Positions 40,575 to 49,912 of a stretch of 64,000 nt of DNA are shown here, in pieces. Made by a program: the position numbers and the translations under genes. Each line of letters begins with the position of its first letter. The stretch's first letter is position 1. The stretch is from positions 160,001 to 224,000 of the forward strand of contig CAVYCN010000002.1 of NCBI GenBank assembly GCA_963767005.1. Direction: 5' to 3'. The stretch is from an uncultured Actinomycetes bacterium. GTDB taxonomy: Bacteria > Actinomycetota > Thermoleophilia > UBA2241. The notes under the pieces were generated by a model. The model made no database searches. It was not told where the DNA came from and worked only from the letters and a program-made list of their open reading frames with translations.

Positions 40575-43055
40575 TCAGTCCTTCTCGCCCGCCGGCCGAC
40601 GTAGGACCGCCGCTGCGTCCTGGTCGCCGGCCGGCCGGTGGGGGGCGGGCAGGGCCTCGAGACGCTGGCGCAACCTCTCGTCGGAGGGGTGCGCCGCGCA
40701 CAGCGTCCGCAGCTCACCGAGCAGCGCGTCGCAACGCTCGCGGTCGCCGCCCCAGGAGGCCTCGCTGAAGCTGTCGAGGAGGGCGATGGTGAGCTGCTCG
40801 TGGAGGGAGGCGTCGGCGGGCGGCACGGCGTCGAGCCGCCGCAGTTCCTTGAGCAGCGCTTCACGATGCACGCGGTCGCCCTCCCAGAGCGCTTCGTTCA
40901 GGCTGCCGGCCAGCGCCTCGCCGAGCTTCTCGCGCAGGGCGACGTCGTCGGGGTGCACGGCGTACAGCGAGCGGAGCGTCTCGAGCAGGGCGGTCCGCTC
41001 CGCGGGGTGTCGCTCGCGACAGGCCTGCCCGACGGCGTCGACCAGCCCGGCGGCCAGGCGGATGCGCACCGCACGGTCGCCCGGGTGCTCGGCGTTCAGC
41101 CTGCGCAGCTGGCCGAGCAGGGTGTCGCGGCAGGTCTCGTCGGCTTCGGCGCAGGCTTCGTCCATGGCGTCGAGGAGCGCGGTCGCAAGCTGGGCGCGCA
41201 CCGCCGCGTCGCCCGGATGCTCGGCACACAGCCGGCGCAGGCTCTCGAGGTGCTCGTCGCGGTGGCGGTGGTCCTCGTGCAGGCAGGCCTGCTCCACGCT
41301 CGCCGCGAGCGCCAGCGCGAGCTGATCGACCACGGCCGGCTCGTGCGGATGCCGGTGGCTCAGGTGTCGCAGCTCCTCGAGCAGAGCGTCGTGGGCCGGG
41401 CGATCGCGCGACATCGACGTCCGGCGCACGCCGTCGGCGAGCGCCCTGGCGAGCTGCCGACGCAGGGCGGGCTCGTCGACGTGTCGTTCCGCCAGTCTGC
41501 GCAGCTCTGCGAGCAACGCCTCGCTCGTCGCCTGGTCGCCTGCCGCGGCGGCGCGGGCCGCGGTGGTCCGCAAGGCCATGCCGACGAGCGCGCCGGCTCC
41601 GCGGTGGTCGCGCAGCGTCGGCCGGCCCCAGCCGCGCAGCGATGCCGGCTCGGGGGAGCCGGCGCGCGACGGGAACAGCGCCGCGGCGCCGATGCAAAGA
41701 CGCAGCGAAGTCCCCCTGAGCGCGAGGCCATCGCGCAGCTCGAGCAGCGCGGCGAGCGCGCTCGCGACCACCGGGGCGTCGGGTTCCCCATCGGCGATGC
41801 GATCGGCCAGGAGGGGCACGAGCCGGCCGGCCTCGTCGCGCGCCACCGCTCGCAGCGTGTGCTCGTCGCCCGAGAGCCAGAGCTCCCGTGCCGCGCGATG
41901 ACGTCCGTCGCCGCCGTACGACGGCACGTCGGCAGCGGCCGCGGGCGCCTCGAGGATGCCGCCCGCCCGCAGTCGCGCCATGACGTCGGGGTCGAGGCCG
42001 TCCGTGAGCGTCTCCGCCAGCACGAGCCACGTGGACCGGTCCGTCAGAGGCGGCAGCAGGGCGAGCGCCGCGAGCAGACCGGCTTCGCGCGGCCATGAGC
42101 GACAGTGATCGAGCAGAAGGTGACGCAGCTCGGGGTAGCGATCGTGGTGGGCGTCGTCGGCGACGCGCTCGAGCTCCTCGGGCGTGCCGGGCTTGAGCGT
42201 GAGCCAGCGTTGCAGCACGGCGGGGCAGCCGTCGAGGAGCTCGAGCGCGTCCCTCTGATCGACGGCCCGCATGGCCGGCACGGTGCCGATCAGAGAGCGC
42301 GTGAGCCGGTGGGCTTCGACAGGGTCGCTCAGGTCCATGCGGCCCAGCTCGTGGACGTCGGCCCGCGGACCGCCGGCCGGCTCCGCGAAGCGACGCCTGG
42401 TCTCGCCGCGCGCCGGGTCGGCCGCGTCGACCGCGACGAACACACGGCAGCCGGGGGCCTCGGCGGGCTGTTCGAGCAGGCCCCTGACGGCCGCGCCGGC
42501 CGCGCCCTCGGGCGCCGCCGTCCAGCCGTCGAGGAACAGCACGACGGGCCGGTCGCCGCTGATCGAAAGAAACGAGACGAGGCCCTGCAGGTCGGCGGCG
42601 GCAAGCAGGGCGGGTTCGAGGCCACGCTCGGCCGGTCGCGGCGACGCGCGCCAGGGGCGCCCGGGCACCTCGAGGAGCGGCGCGGGCAGCACCGCCGCCC
42701 GCGCCGCACCGCTCACGCGCGCCAGCCGGGCGGTCAGGTCGGAGTCGGCGTGCTCGAGCGCTTGGCGGCACTTGGTCTGCGCCATCGCGGCGGCGTAGGC
42801 GTCGGCGAGCGCGCGGGCCGCGAGGTCGGGCCGGTAGGCGTCTGCCTCGGCGTAGCCCACGACGACACCCTCGGCCACCAGGCGATCGCGGGTCTCGAGG
42901 AACAGCCGGGTCTTGCCGCAGCGCGGTCGCCCGACGAGCACGGTGACACCGGGGGCATGAGCCTGGGTGAGGAGCAGGTCGAGGTCGGCCGCGCGGCCGA
43001 AGAACGGTCGCTTGGACGGTCCATCCGTGCCGGGCGAGGTGGAAGCATCCCCCAT
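40575..43055 (-). CDS. STAND-like P-loop ATPase with C-terminal 44-aa helical repeats
   Basis: FFGRAADL, Walker A GRPRCGKT, Walker B VVLFLDG and LDGCPAVL motifs, followed by seven LL..LR.L...HP repeats. Confidence 0.75.
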   Translation of the reverse strand: MGDASTSPGTDGPSKRPFFGRAADLDLLLTQAHAPGVTVLVGRPRCGKTRLFLETRDRLVAEGVVVGYAEADAYRPDLAARALADAYAAAMAQTKCRQALEHADSDLTARLARVSGAARAAVLPAPLLEVPGRPWRASPRPAERGLEPALLAAADLQGLVSFLSISGDRPVVLFLDGWTAAPEGAAGAAVRGLLEQPAEAPGCRVFVAVDAADPARGETRRRFAEPAGGPRADVHELGRMDLSDPVEAHRLTRSLIGTVPAMRAVDQRDALELLDGCPAVLQRWLTLKPGTPEELERVADDAHHDRYPELRHLLLDHCRSWPREAGLLAALALLPPLTDRSTWLVLAETLTDGLDPDVMARLRAGGILEAPAAAADVPSYGGDGRHRAARELWLSGDEHTLRAVARDEAGRLVPLLADRIADGEPDAPVVASALAALLELRDGLALRGTSLRLCIGAAALFPSRAGSPEPASLRGWGRPTLRDHRGAGALVGMALRTTAARAAAAGDQATSEALLAELRRLAERHVDEPALRRQLARALADGVRRTSMSRDRPAHDALLEELRHLSHRHPHEPAVVDQLALALAASVEQACLHEDHRHRDEHLESLRRLCAEHPGDAAVRAQLATALLDAMDEACAEADETCRDTLLGQLRRLNAEHPGDRAVRIRLAAGLVDAVGQACRERHPAERTALLETLRSLYAVHPDDVALREKLGEALAGSLNEALWEGDRVHREALLKELRRLDAVPPADASLHEQLTIALLDSFSEASWGGDRERCDALLGELRTLCAAHPSDERLRQRLEALPAPHRPAGDQDAAAVLRRPAGEKD

Positions 43056-43227
43056 ACCGCTTCGCCTCTTCTCGCGACGCTCGTATCCGTATGCTAGGCC
43101 GAACCGGCGCCGGGTGCCACGGGGGTCGCCGTTGCACGGGGACCGCCGGAAGGTGGTGAGAGCGGCATGTCGCTCGACCAGCGGCCGCTTATCGTCCACT
43201 CGCGGCGACGATGCTAGGCTGCAACAC

Positions 43228-43500
43228 ATGCGCTATCGCTACGTCTACTGCCGCTCGTGCGGCGCGAAGCTCGCCGGTCTCGGCTCTGAGATGGACACCG
43301 GCCGGTGCCTTCATTGCCTCGCCGAGTCCGGGGTCCGGCTGCTGCCGTCCGAGCGGCAGCGCCTCCGTGAGGAGACGGCCGACTGGGACCCGCAGAGAGT
43401 GGTGCGACGCTGCGCGCGCTGCCAGGCGGCGCTGTCGGTCTACAACCTCGAGACGTTTTGCGAGGCCTGTCTGACGAAGCTCCGCGAGGGGGGCATCTGA
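43228..43500 (+). CDS. Small double zinc-ribbon protein (4 x CxxC), probably leaderless
   Basis: CRSC, CLHC, CARC and CEAC in 90 aa. A TAGGCT -10 lies 7 nt before the ATG and there is no SD. Confidence 0.65.
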   Translation: MRYRYVYCRSCGAKLAGLGSEMDTGRCLHCLAESGVRLLPSERQRLREETADWDPQRVVRRCARCQAALSVYNLETFCEACLTKLREGGI

Positions 43501-43689
43501 GGCCCAGGCTGCCCGCGTGAGCGTGCAGTGGCGCCCGCACCGGCCCGCGAGCTGCGTGTCTGCCCTCTAGTCTTCAGTGTTTCTTGTGCCCGATCACGCT
43601 GACGGCTCTGCTCGTGAAGGCGGAGCCGGGCCGCGACGCCGGAGTGCGCGACCTAAGATGAGAGGGGCGCGGTGCTCACGGCGTCTGGC

Positions 43690-43708
43690 GGGGGGGGGGG
43701 GGGGGGGG
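43690..43708. repeat. 19-nt poly-G tract
   Basis: Directly visible homopolymer. Confidence 0.9.
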
Positions 43709-43756
43709 TCTTCGCTGACCTTGCCCGTTCGACGCGGCGGGGTGGGCTCAGCCGGC

Positions 43757-44270
43757 CTACGCCAGCCGCAGCACGACGACCTCGAGGTCGTCCTGCAGCC
43801 GGCCGGCAAACTCGAGGGCGGCGGCCCGCACGCCCTCGGCGACCTTCTGGGCGGAGCGGCCGCGCAGACCCGAGACGATCTCGGTCAGGCGCTGTTCGCC
43901 GAGCAGCTCGCCGTCGTGTCGGGCTTCGGTGACGCCGTCGGTGTAGAAGACCAGGTAATCATCGACCGTGAGCATCACGTGGCCGCTCGCATAGGGCCGC
44001 ACGAAGGAACCGAGCGGCGGCCCAAAGCGCACGTTGAGGGCGTGGCTGCTGGCCGCGCCCAGATGGACCGGCGCGGGGTGGCCGGCGCTGGCGTAGCCCA
44101 CGTGCCCCGTGCGCGGGTCGATCGCCGCCAGGAACGCGGTCACGTGGGGCTCGTCGGGCTCGAAGCGCAGCAGCAGCTCGTTCGTCTTGCCGAGGACGAA
44201 CGACGGCGCCGGCTCGATCGCGGCGAGGGCCCGTACCGTGCTGCGCACGGTCTCGGTCAGGCCGGCGGGC
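43757..44270 (-). pseudogene. C-terminal fragment of a SpoIIE/PP2C-type phosphatase, 5'-truncated next to the IS
   Basis: ASAGHP, GPPLG, FYTDGVTEAR and LQDD motifs are present. The N-terminal GGD/GDV motifs are missing. Confidence 0.75.
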
Positions 44271-44342
44271 GCCCACGCGGGGAGCCGGGCGGCGACCCTC
44301 GGCACCGGTCACCCTGACGACGACACCCGCGAGTAGGCGAGC

Positions 44343-45645
44343 TGAACCGCCCCGGGTTCAGTGGAGGCTCGTTTGTTTGAGTCCTTCCTCTTCATCCGTG
44401 GCAGCAGCGTGAGCATAGTACGCTTCCTCGAACTCCGCCGGCGGGACGTAGCCGATCGGCTCAAGCAGGCGCGTGTTGTTGAACCAGTCGACCCATTCGA
44501 GCGTCGCGAACTCGACGTCGTCGAGGCCCTTCCAGGGCCCCTCGTGGCGGATCACCTCGGCCTTGTAGAGGCCGATCACGCTCTCGGCCAGGGCGTTGTC
44601 GTAGGCGTCGCCGCGGCTGCCGACCGAGGTCTCGATGCCGGCCTCTTCGAGACGCTCGGTGTAGCGGATCGAGAGGTACTGGACGCCGCGGTCTGAGTGG
44701 TGGACGAGGCCGTCGCCGGCCCCCTTGCGCTGCCAGAGGGCCATCTCCAGGGCGTCGAGGGCGAGGTCGGTGCGCAGATGGTTGGCCGCCTGCCAGCCGA
44801 CGATGAAGCGGCTGAAGACGTCGAAGACGAACGAGACGTAGACGAAGCCCGACCAGGTGCGGACGTAGGTGAGGTCGGCGACCCAGAGCCGGTTCGGGCG
44901 CGCTGGCGCGTGAAGTCGCGCTCGACCAGGTCGTCGGGACGCGGCGCGGCCTCGTCGGGCTGCGGTGGTGAACACCTTCTTGCCGCGCACCACGCCGCGC
45001 AGGCCCTCCGGCGCGCATGAGGCGCTCGACCGTGCAGCGGGCGACGCTGATGCCTTCGCGCCGCAGCTGCCGCCAGACCTTGCGCGGCGCCGTAGCGCCG
45101 CCGGCTGGCCGTCGTAGGCGCGACGGATCTCGGCCAGCAGCCGCTCGTCACGCAGCGCGCGCGGCGACGGCGGCCGCGCCTTGGCCGCGTAGTAGGTCGA
45201 CGGGGCGATCGGCAGCAGCTCGCAGATCGGCTCGACCCCGTAACTCGTCGCGGTGGTCGTCGATGAAGGCGGTCATCTCTTGCCGTGGCGGTCGAGCTCC
45301 GCCCCGAAGAAAGTCGCCGCCGCCTTGAGGATCTCGTTGGCGCGCCGCAGCTCGCGGTTCTCGCGCTCGAGCGCCTTCATCCGCTCGCGCTCGCTGCGTG
45401 GTCAGGCCCGGCCGCAGGCCCTCGTCGGTCTCAGCCCGGCGCACCCACTTGCGCAGCGTCTCGGGCGTCATGCCGAGCTTGGCCGCGATCGAGCTGATCG
45501 CCGCCCACTGGGAGGCGTACTCGCGCTCGTGCTCGAAGACCAGACGCACGGCCCGCTCCCGGACTTCCTTGGGGTACCTCGTCTGATCTGTCCATGGCTC
45601 CATCCTCTCAAGGGTTGGAGCCTCCAGGAAAGCCGGGGCGGTTCA
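44343..45645 (-). mobile_element. IS3-family insertion sequence (IS51/IS6110-like ends), multiply frameshifted
   Basis: Terminal IRs TGAACCGCCCCGG...GGAGGCTC at both ends, 1303 bp. OrfA has RYPKEVRERAV...TPETLRKWV. OrfB has WVADLTY, HSDRGVQY and DNALAES. No target duplication. Confidence 0.93.
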
Positions 45646-46013
45646 GATTGCCGTTTGTGCCGTCAAGCATCTGTGGCGCTGCCAGCATCCTACCCTGTGG
45701 GCCGGACACAAGAATGGGGCTCAGTTGCGAGCCGATGTCTCGCGACCGGGCGACTGTCTGATATCGACGTCCCGCCAGCGTGGCCACCCGACCGCCCGGC
45801 CACTGTAACGCGGCCAACTCCGCCCCCGTCACGCCCGCCGGCCGTGCCCCGGGTGACGATGGAGTAAGGCGAGGGTGACGTTCCCTGCGCCCTCTGACAA
45901 CGTGTGACGCCCCCCCCGTGAGCCCGCCCGCGTCGATCCGACAGCCCGGGCCGAGACCCACACAGGCAACGGGTTCTGAGCGCTGCCAGCCGCCACGGTG
46001 CAGGGTGAGGGTT

Positions 46014-46336
46014 GGGGGTAGCGCGACGACACACCGGGCATGAGGTCCGGAACCCGGCCCCCCGGTCCATGCCGGGAGCCGTCGCCCGGGTGGGGGTTAG
46101 CGAGCCGGCCCGTGGCGTGGATGGCACGCCGGGCATGAGGGCCGGAACCCGACTCTCACTCTTGCCGGCAGCCGTCGCCCGGGGGGTTAGCGAGCCGCGC
46201 GAAACGCGGCGAGCGGGGCCGACAGGCGCTCACAGGGGAGACAAGCGAGCCGCGCGAAGCGCGGCGAGCGGCCCTGTAGAAGTCGGAGCAATTGACTCTG
46301 TTACGGCAAGGGGACGTTTCCCAGCGCGCTACCCCC
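46014..46336. repeat. IR-bounded element with two ~70-bp internal repeats and two REP-like hairpins
   Basis: GGGGGTAGCGCG / CGCGCTACCCCC ends. Repeats at 46034-46107 and 46129-46197. GCGAGCCGCGCGAA[A/G]CGCGGCGAGCGG at 46190 and 46245. Confidence 0.7.
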
Positions 46337-46351
46337 TATCCCGCCCACCGG

Positions 46352-46381
46352 TTGACCATCGCCCTCCGGCCCGGATAGCAT
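46352..46381 (+). promoter_or_regulatory. Candidate sigma70-type promoter upstream of ord
   Basis: TTGACC-N18-TAGCAT. Confidence 0.4.
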
Positions 46382-46655
46382 CGGGGCCGCACTCACCACC
46401 CCCACATGCGACCTTGGAGGCGGCGACGAAACCGGATTTCACCGAGCTCACGCCCGTCCAGGTCGACCAGCCTCCGCCAGCCTGACGCCTGCGCGCGGTC
46501 CCGCCGCGCATCCCTCGCAGCGAGCGCGACGGCGTCGCGTCACCTAGCCGTACCCGAGGGCCCGTCCGGGCCGCTTGCGCCGGACCCAACGGCCGCTTTC
46601 GGCTGCACCTCGCTGCATAGTCCATAGTCAGTGACGCATAAAGCAGGAGGACCAC

Positions 46656-47666
46656 ATGATCAAGGTAGTGGAATGGGGCACCGGTGAGATGGGGCAGGGG
46701 CTCCTCAAGTTCATCCTCGACCGGCCCAAGGACATCGACCTCGTGGGCTGCATCGTCACGAACCCGGCCAAAGAGGGCAAGACCGTCGGCGAGCTGCTCG
46801 GGCGGCCCTGCGACGTGAAGATGACCACCGACTTCGAGAAGGTGCTGGCCACCAAGCCCGACGTCATCTGCATCAACACGCAGTCCAACTTGTATGAGGT
46901 CGAGCCGCAGATCGTGCCGGCCGTCAAGTCGGGTGCCGACGTCATCTGCATCGCCGAGAAGCTGGCCTACCCGTGGGCGAGCGACCCCGAGCGCGCCGAC
47001 ATGCTCGACCGCGTCGCCAAGGAGAACGGCGTCTCGATCCTCGGCACCGGCATCAACCCGGGCTTCATGCTCGACGCGCTGATCGTCATGTGGAGCTCGA
47101 TCTGTATGCGCATCGACAGCATCGAGGCCTCGCGCGTGAACGACCTCTCGCCCTTTGGCCCCACGGTCATGACCGGCCAGGGTGTGGGCACCACGGTCGA
47201 GCAGTTCGAGAAGGGTGTCGCCGACGGCAGCATCGTCGGCCACATCGGCTTCCCCGAGTCGATCATGCTGATCGCCAAGGCGCTCGGCTGGAAGATCGAC
47301 CGCATCGAGGAGACTCGCGAGCCGATCGTCACCAAGGTCGAGCGCTCGACGCCGCACGTGAAGGTGCCGGCGGGCTGGGTCGCCGGCTGCAAGCAGGTCG
47401 GCAAGGGCTACATCGGCGACGAGCTCAAGATCCACCTCATCCACCCGCAGCAGATCCACCCCGAGCTGGCCGACCAGGGCACCGGCGACTACATCACGAT
47501 CAACGGCGACCCGAGCGTGCACATGGCCAACACGCCCGAGGTCCCGGGCGGCAAGGGCACCTACGCAAGCACGGGCAACTACATCCCGCTGATGAAGGCC
47601 GCGCGGCCGGGCATGCTGACCGTGGTCGACATGCCGCTGCCGCGTTTCATGGCGCCGACCGTCTGA
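46656..47666 (+). CDS. ord: 2,4-diaminopentanoate dehydrogenase
   Basis: WGTGEMG, LGTGINPGF, RVNDLSPFGPTVM, IVGHIGFPES and IHPQQIHPE motifs. First gene of the ornithine cluster. Confidence 0.9.
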   Translation: MIKVVEWGTGEMGQGLLKFILDRPKDIDLVGCIVTNPAKEGKTVGELLGRPCDVKMTTDFEKVLATKPDVICINTQSNLYEVEPQIVPAVKSGADVICIAEKLAYPWASDPERADMLDRVAKENGVSILGTGINPGFMLDALIVMWSSICMRIDSIEASRVNDLSPFGPTVMTGQGVGTTVEQFEKGVADGSIVGHIGFPESIMLIAKALGWKIDRIEETREPIVTKVERSTPHVKVPAGWVAGCKQVGKGYIGDELKIHLIHPQQIHPELADQGTGDYITINGDPSVHMANTPEVPGGKGTYASTGNYIPLMKAARPGMLTVVDMPLPRFMAPTV

Positions 47667-47684
47667 GACGGCGCGACGCACGAA

Positions 47685-47755
47685 GCGGCGCGGCGGGGAG
47701 CGAGGAAGCGGGGCGAACGAACGCTCGCCCCGCTTCCCCGCCCGAGCCGCGCCGC
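47685..47755 (+). other. Intra-operon hairpin between ord and ortA
   Basis: GGAAGCGGGGCGA/TCGCCCCGCTTCC core with outer GCGGCGCGGC/GCCGCGCCGC. Confidence 0.55.
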
Positions 47756-47793
47756 CACCCGATGAGACACGCGACACGAAAGAGAGACACCGC

Positions 47794-48126
47794 ATGACTG
47801 AGACCAGAGCGGCCCGGACGGGCGACTGGATCGAGGTCGAGTGCGTGCTGCTCGAGCCGGTCGACAGGTCGAAGAACCTGCCGCCGGAGACCGCCGAGAA
47901 GCCGCTCAAGATGTGGGTGAAGGGCTTTGCCGAGGGCACCGCCGCGATCGGCGAGCCGGTCACGATCGAGACCATGACCGGCCGCAACGTCGCCGGCACG
48001 CTGTCGGCCGTCAACCCCGGCTACTTCCACACCTTCGGCGAGCCGATCCCCGAGCTCACGCACATCGGCAAGGACCTGCGCGCCCAGCTCGCGGCCTACC
48101 GCGCCTCACAGCAGGGGGGCGCCTGA
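47794..48126 (+). CDS. ortA: 2-amino-4-ketopentanoate thiolase alpha subunit
   Basis: GDWIE, PLKMWVKGF and NPGYFHTFGEPIPEL motifs, plus operon context. Confidence 0.9.
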   Translation: MTETRAARTGDWIEVECVLLEPVDRSKNLPPETAEKPLKMWVKGFAEGTAAIGEPVTIETMTGRNVAGTLSAVNPGYFHTFGEPIPELTHIGKDLRAQLAAYRASQQGGA

Positions 48127-49544
48127 TGGCCACCAAGTTCGACGCCATCATGGCCCGCCGCGGCGAGATCATGCGCCGCGCGCTGGGCATGGACTACAGC
48201 GAGTTCGAGCTCAGCCCCATCGCCTTCGACTACGAGCGCATGATGGGCGCCCACGGCTACAGCCTCGACGACATCGTCGCCATCCAGACGGCGGCCGGCG
48301 TGGGTCACACGCCGCTGCTCGAGCTCAGGAACCTGACCGACGTCGTGCGCTCGACCTGTGAGGCCGGCAAGGGCGCGCGCATCTTCGTCAAGGACGAGGC
48401 CGCCAACCTGGCCGGCGCCTTCAAGGACCGCCGCGCCAGCGTGAGCATCCACGTGGCCCGCGAGAAGGGCTACGAGGGCGTGATCGCGGCGACGTCGGGC
48501 AACTACGGCGCCGCGGTGGCCAGCCAGGCGGCGCGCGCCGGCCTGAAGTGCATCATCGTCCAGGAGTGCTACGACAGCCGCAAGATCGGCCAGCCCGAGA
48601 TCGTCGAGAAGGCCCGCATCTGCGAGGCCTACGGCGCCGAGGTCGTGCAGCTCACCGTCGGCCCCGAGCTCTTCTTCCACATGGTCGAGCTGCTCGACAC
48701 GACCGGCTACTTCGCGGCCTCGCTGTACAGCTCGTTCGGCGTGTCGGGCATCGAGACGCTCGGCCTCGAGATCTCGCAGGAGATGCGCGCCCTGACCGGC
48801 GCCGACCCGACGGCCTGCGTCATCACCCACGCCGGCGGCGGCAACACCACCGGCACGGCCCGTGGCCTCGAGCGCGCCGGCGCGAGCGGCACGCAGGTCG
48901 TGAGCGCCTCGGTCGACCTGTCGGGCCTGCACATGGCAAGCGACGCCGACTTCAACCGCAAGAGCTTCACCACCGGCCACACCGGCTTCGGCGTGCCCTT
49001 CGCCACCTGGCCCGACCGCGCCGACGTGCCGCGCAACGCGGCCCGGCCGCTGCGCTACATCGACCGCTACCTCACGGTCACCCAGGGCGAGGTCTTCTAC
49101 GTGACCGAGGCCTTGGTCAAGCTCGAGGGCCTCGAACGCGGCCCGGCCGGCAACACGGCCATGACCGCCGCCGTCTCGCTCGCCCGCGAGCTGCCCCGCG
49201 AGGCGACCATCGTGGTGCAGGAGACCGAGTACACCGGCGCCGGCAAACACCACTGGGCGCAGCTCAACTTCGCCAAGCAGATGGGCGTCGAGGTGCGCGC
49301 CGGCGACCCGCGCGACAACAAGCCGGGCACGGTGATCGTGATCCCCGAGCGCCTCGAGCAGGTCCAGGCGAGCGACTTCGACGTCGACCGCATGCGCCGT
49401 AGCTACGTGCGCAACGCGGTGAAGGCGGCGCCCGAGGGCTACGTGCCCACGGCCGACGACGTCGCCTTCCTGGCCGCCGACACCAACACGGACCCCGCCG
49501 CCGTCGAGGCGATGCTCGGCGAGCTCGCCGCCAAGGGGGCCTGA
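48126..49544 (+). CDS. ortB: 2-amino-4-ketopentanoate thiolase beta subunit (PLP)
   Basis: KDEAANLAGAFKDRRAS, ATSGNYGAA, FNRKSFTTGHTGFG and QETEYTGAGKH motifs. Confidence 0.92.
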   Translation: MATKFDAIMARRGEIMRRALGMDYSEFELSPIAFDYERMMGAHGYSLDDIVAIQTAAGVGHTPLLELRNLTDVVRSTCEAGKGARIFVKDEAANLAGAFKDRRASVSIHVAREKGYEGVIAATSGNYGAAVASQAARAGLKCIIVQECYDSRKIGQPEIVEKARICEAYGAEVVQLTVGPELFFHMVELLDTTGYFAASLYSSFGVSGIETLGLEISQEMRALTGADPTACVITHAGGGNTTGTARGLERAGASGTQVVSASVDLSGLHMASDADFNRKSFTTGHTGFGVPFATWPDRADVPRNAARPLRYIDRYLTVTQGEVFYVTEALVKLEGLERGPAGNTAMTAAVSLARELPREATIVVQETEYTGAGKHHWAQLNFAKQMGVEVRAGDPRDNKPGTVIVIPERLEQVQASDFDVDRMRRSYVRNAVKAAPEGYVPTADDVAFLAADTNTDPAAVEAMLGELAAKGA

Positions 49545-49549
49545 GGCTC

Positions 49550-49912
49550 ATGCGCGAGGACACCTATCAGGAGGTACGAGGGCACCTTGCCGAGCTCAGC
49601 GACGAAGAGCTCCACGAGCGCTTCTGGGCGCTCGCCCAGGAGATCGTCGCGCCGCTCGTCGACCTGGCTCGCACCCACACCTCGCCGTCGATCGAGCGCA
49701 GCGTGCTCATGCGCATGGGCCTCGACTCGCCGACCGCCATGGCGGTCGTGGCCGAGTGCGAGAAGCGCGGCCTACTCGGTCACGGCGCCGGCCACGTCGT
49801 GCTGCACTGCGCCACCACCTGGGGCGTCGCGGCGCCCGAGGCCGGTCGCTGGCTGGCCGCCGGCGACGGCTGGGACGTGGTCGACGAGAAGTGGGGGGTG
49901 GGTCATGCCTGA
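49550..49912 (+). CDS. oraS: D-ornithine 4,5-aminomutase S subunit
   Basis: HTSPSIERSVLMRMG and GLLGHGAG motifs. Confidence 0.92.
   Translation: MREDTYQEVRGHLAELSDEELHERFWALAQEIVAPLVDLARTHTSPSIERSVLMRMGLDSPTAMAVVAECEKRGLLGHGAGHVVLHCATTWGVAAPEAGRWLAAGDGWDVVDEKWGVGHA

Noticed and set aside
46030-46271. Repeats as a CRISPR array
   Set aside because: There are only two copies of each unit, the lengths and spacers are not CRISPR-like, and no cas genes are present.
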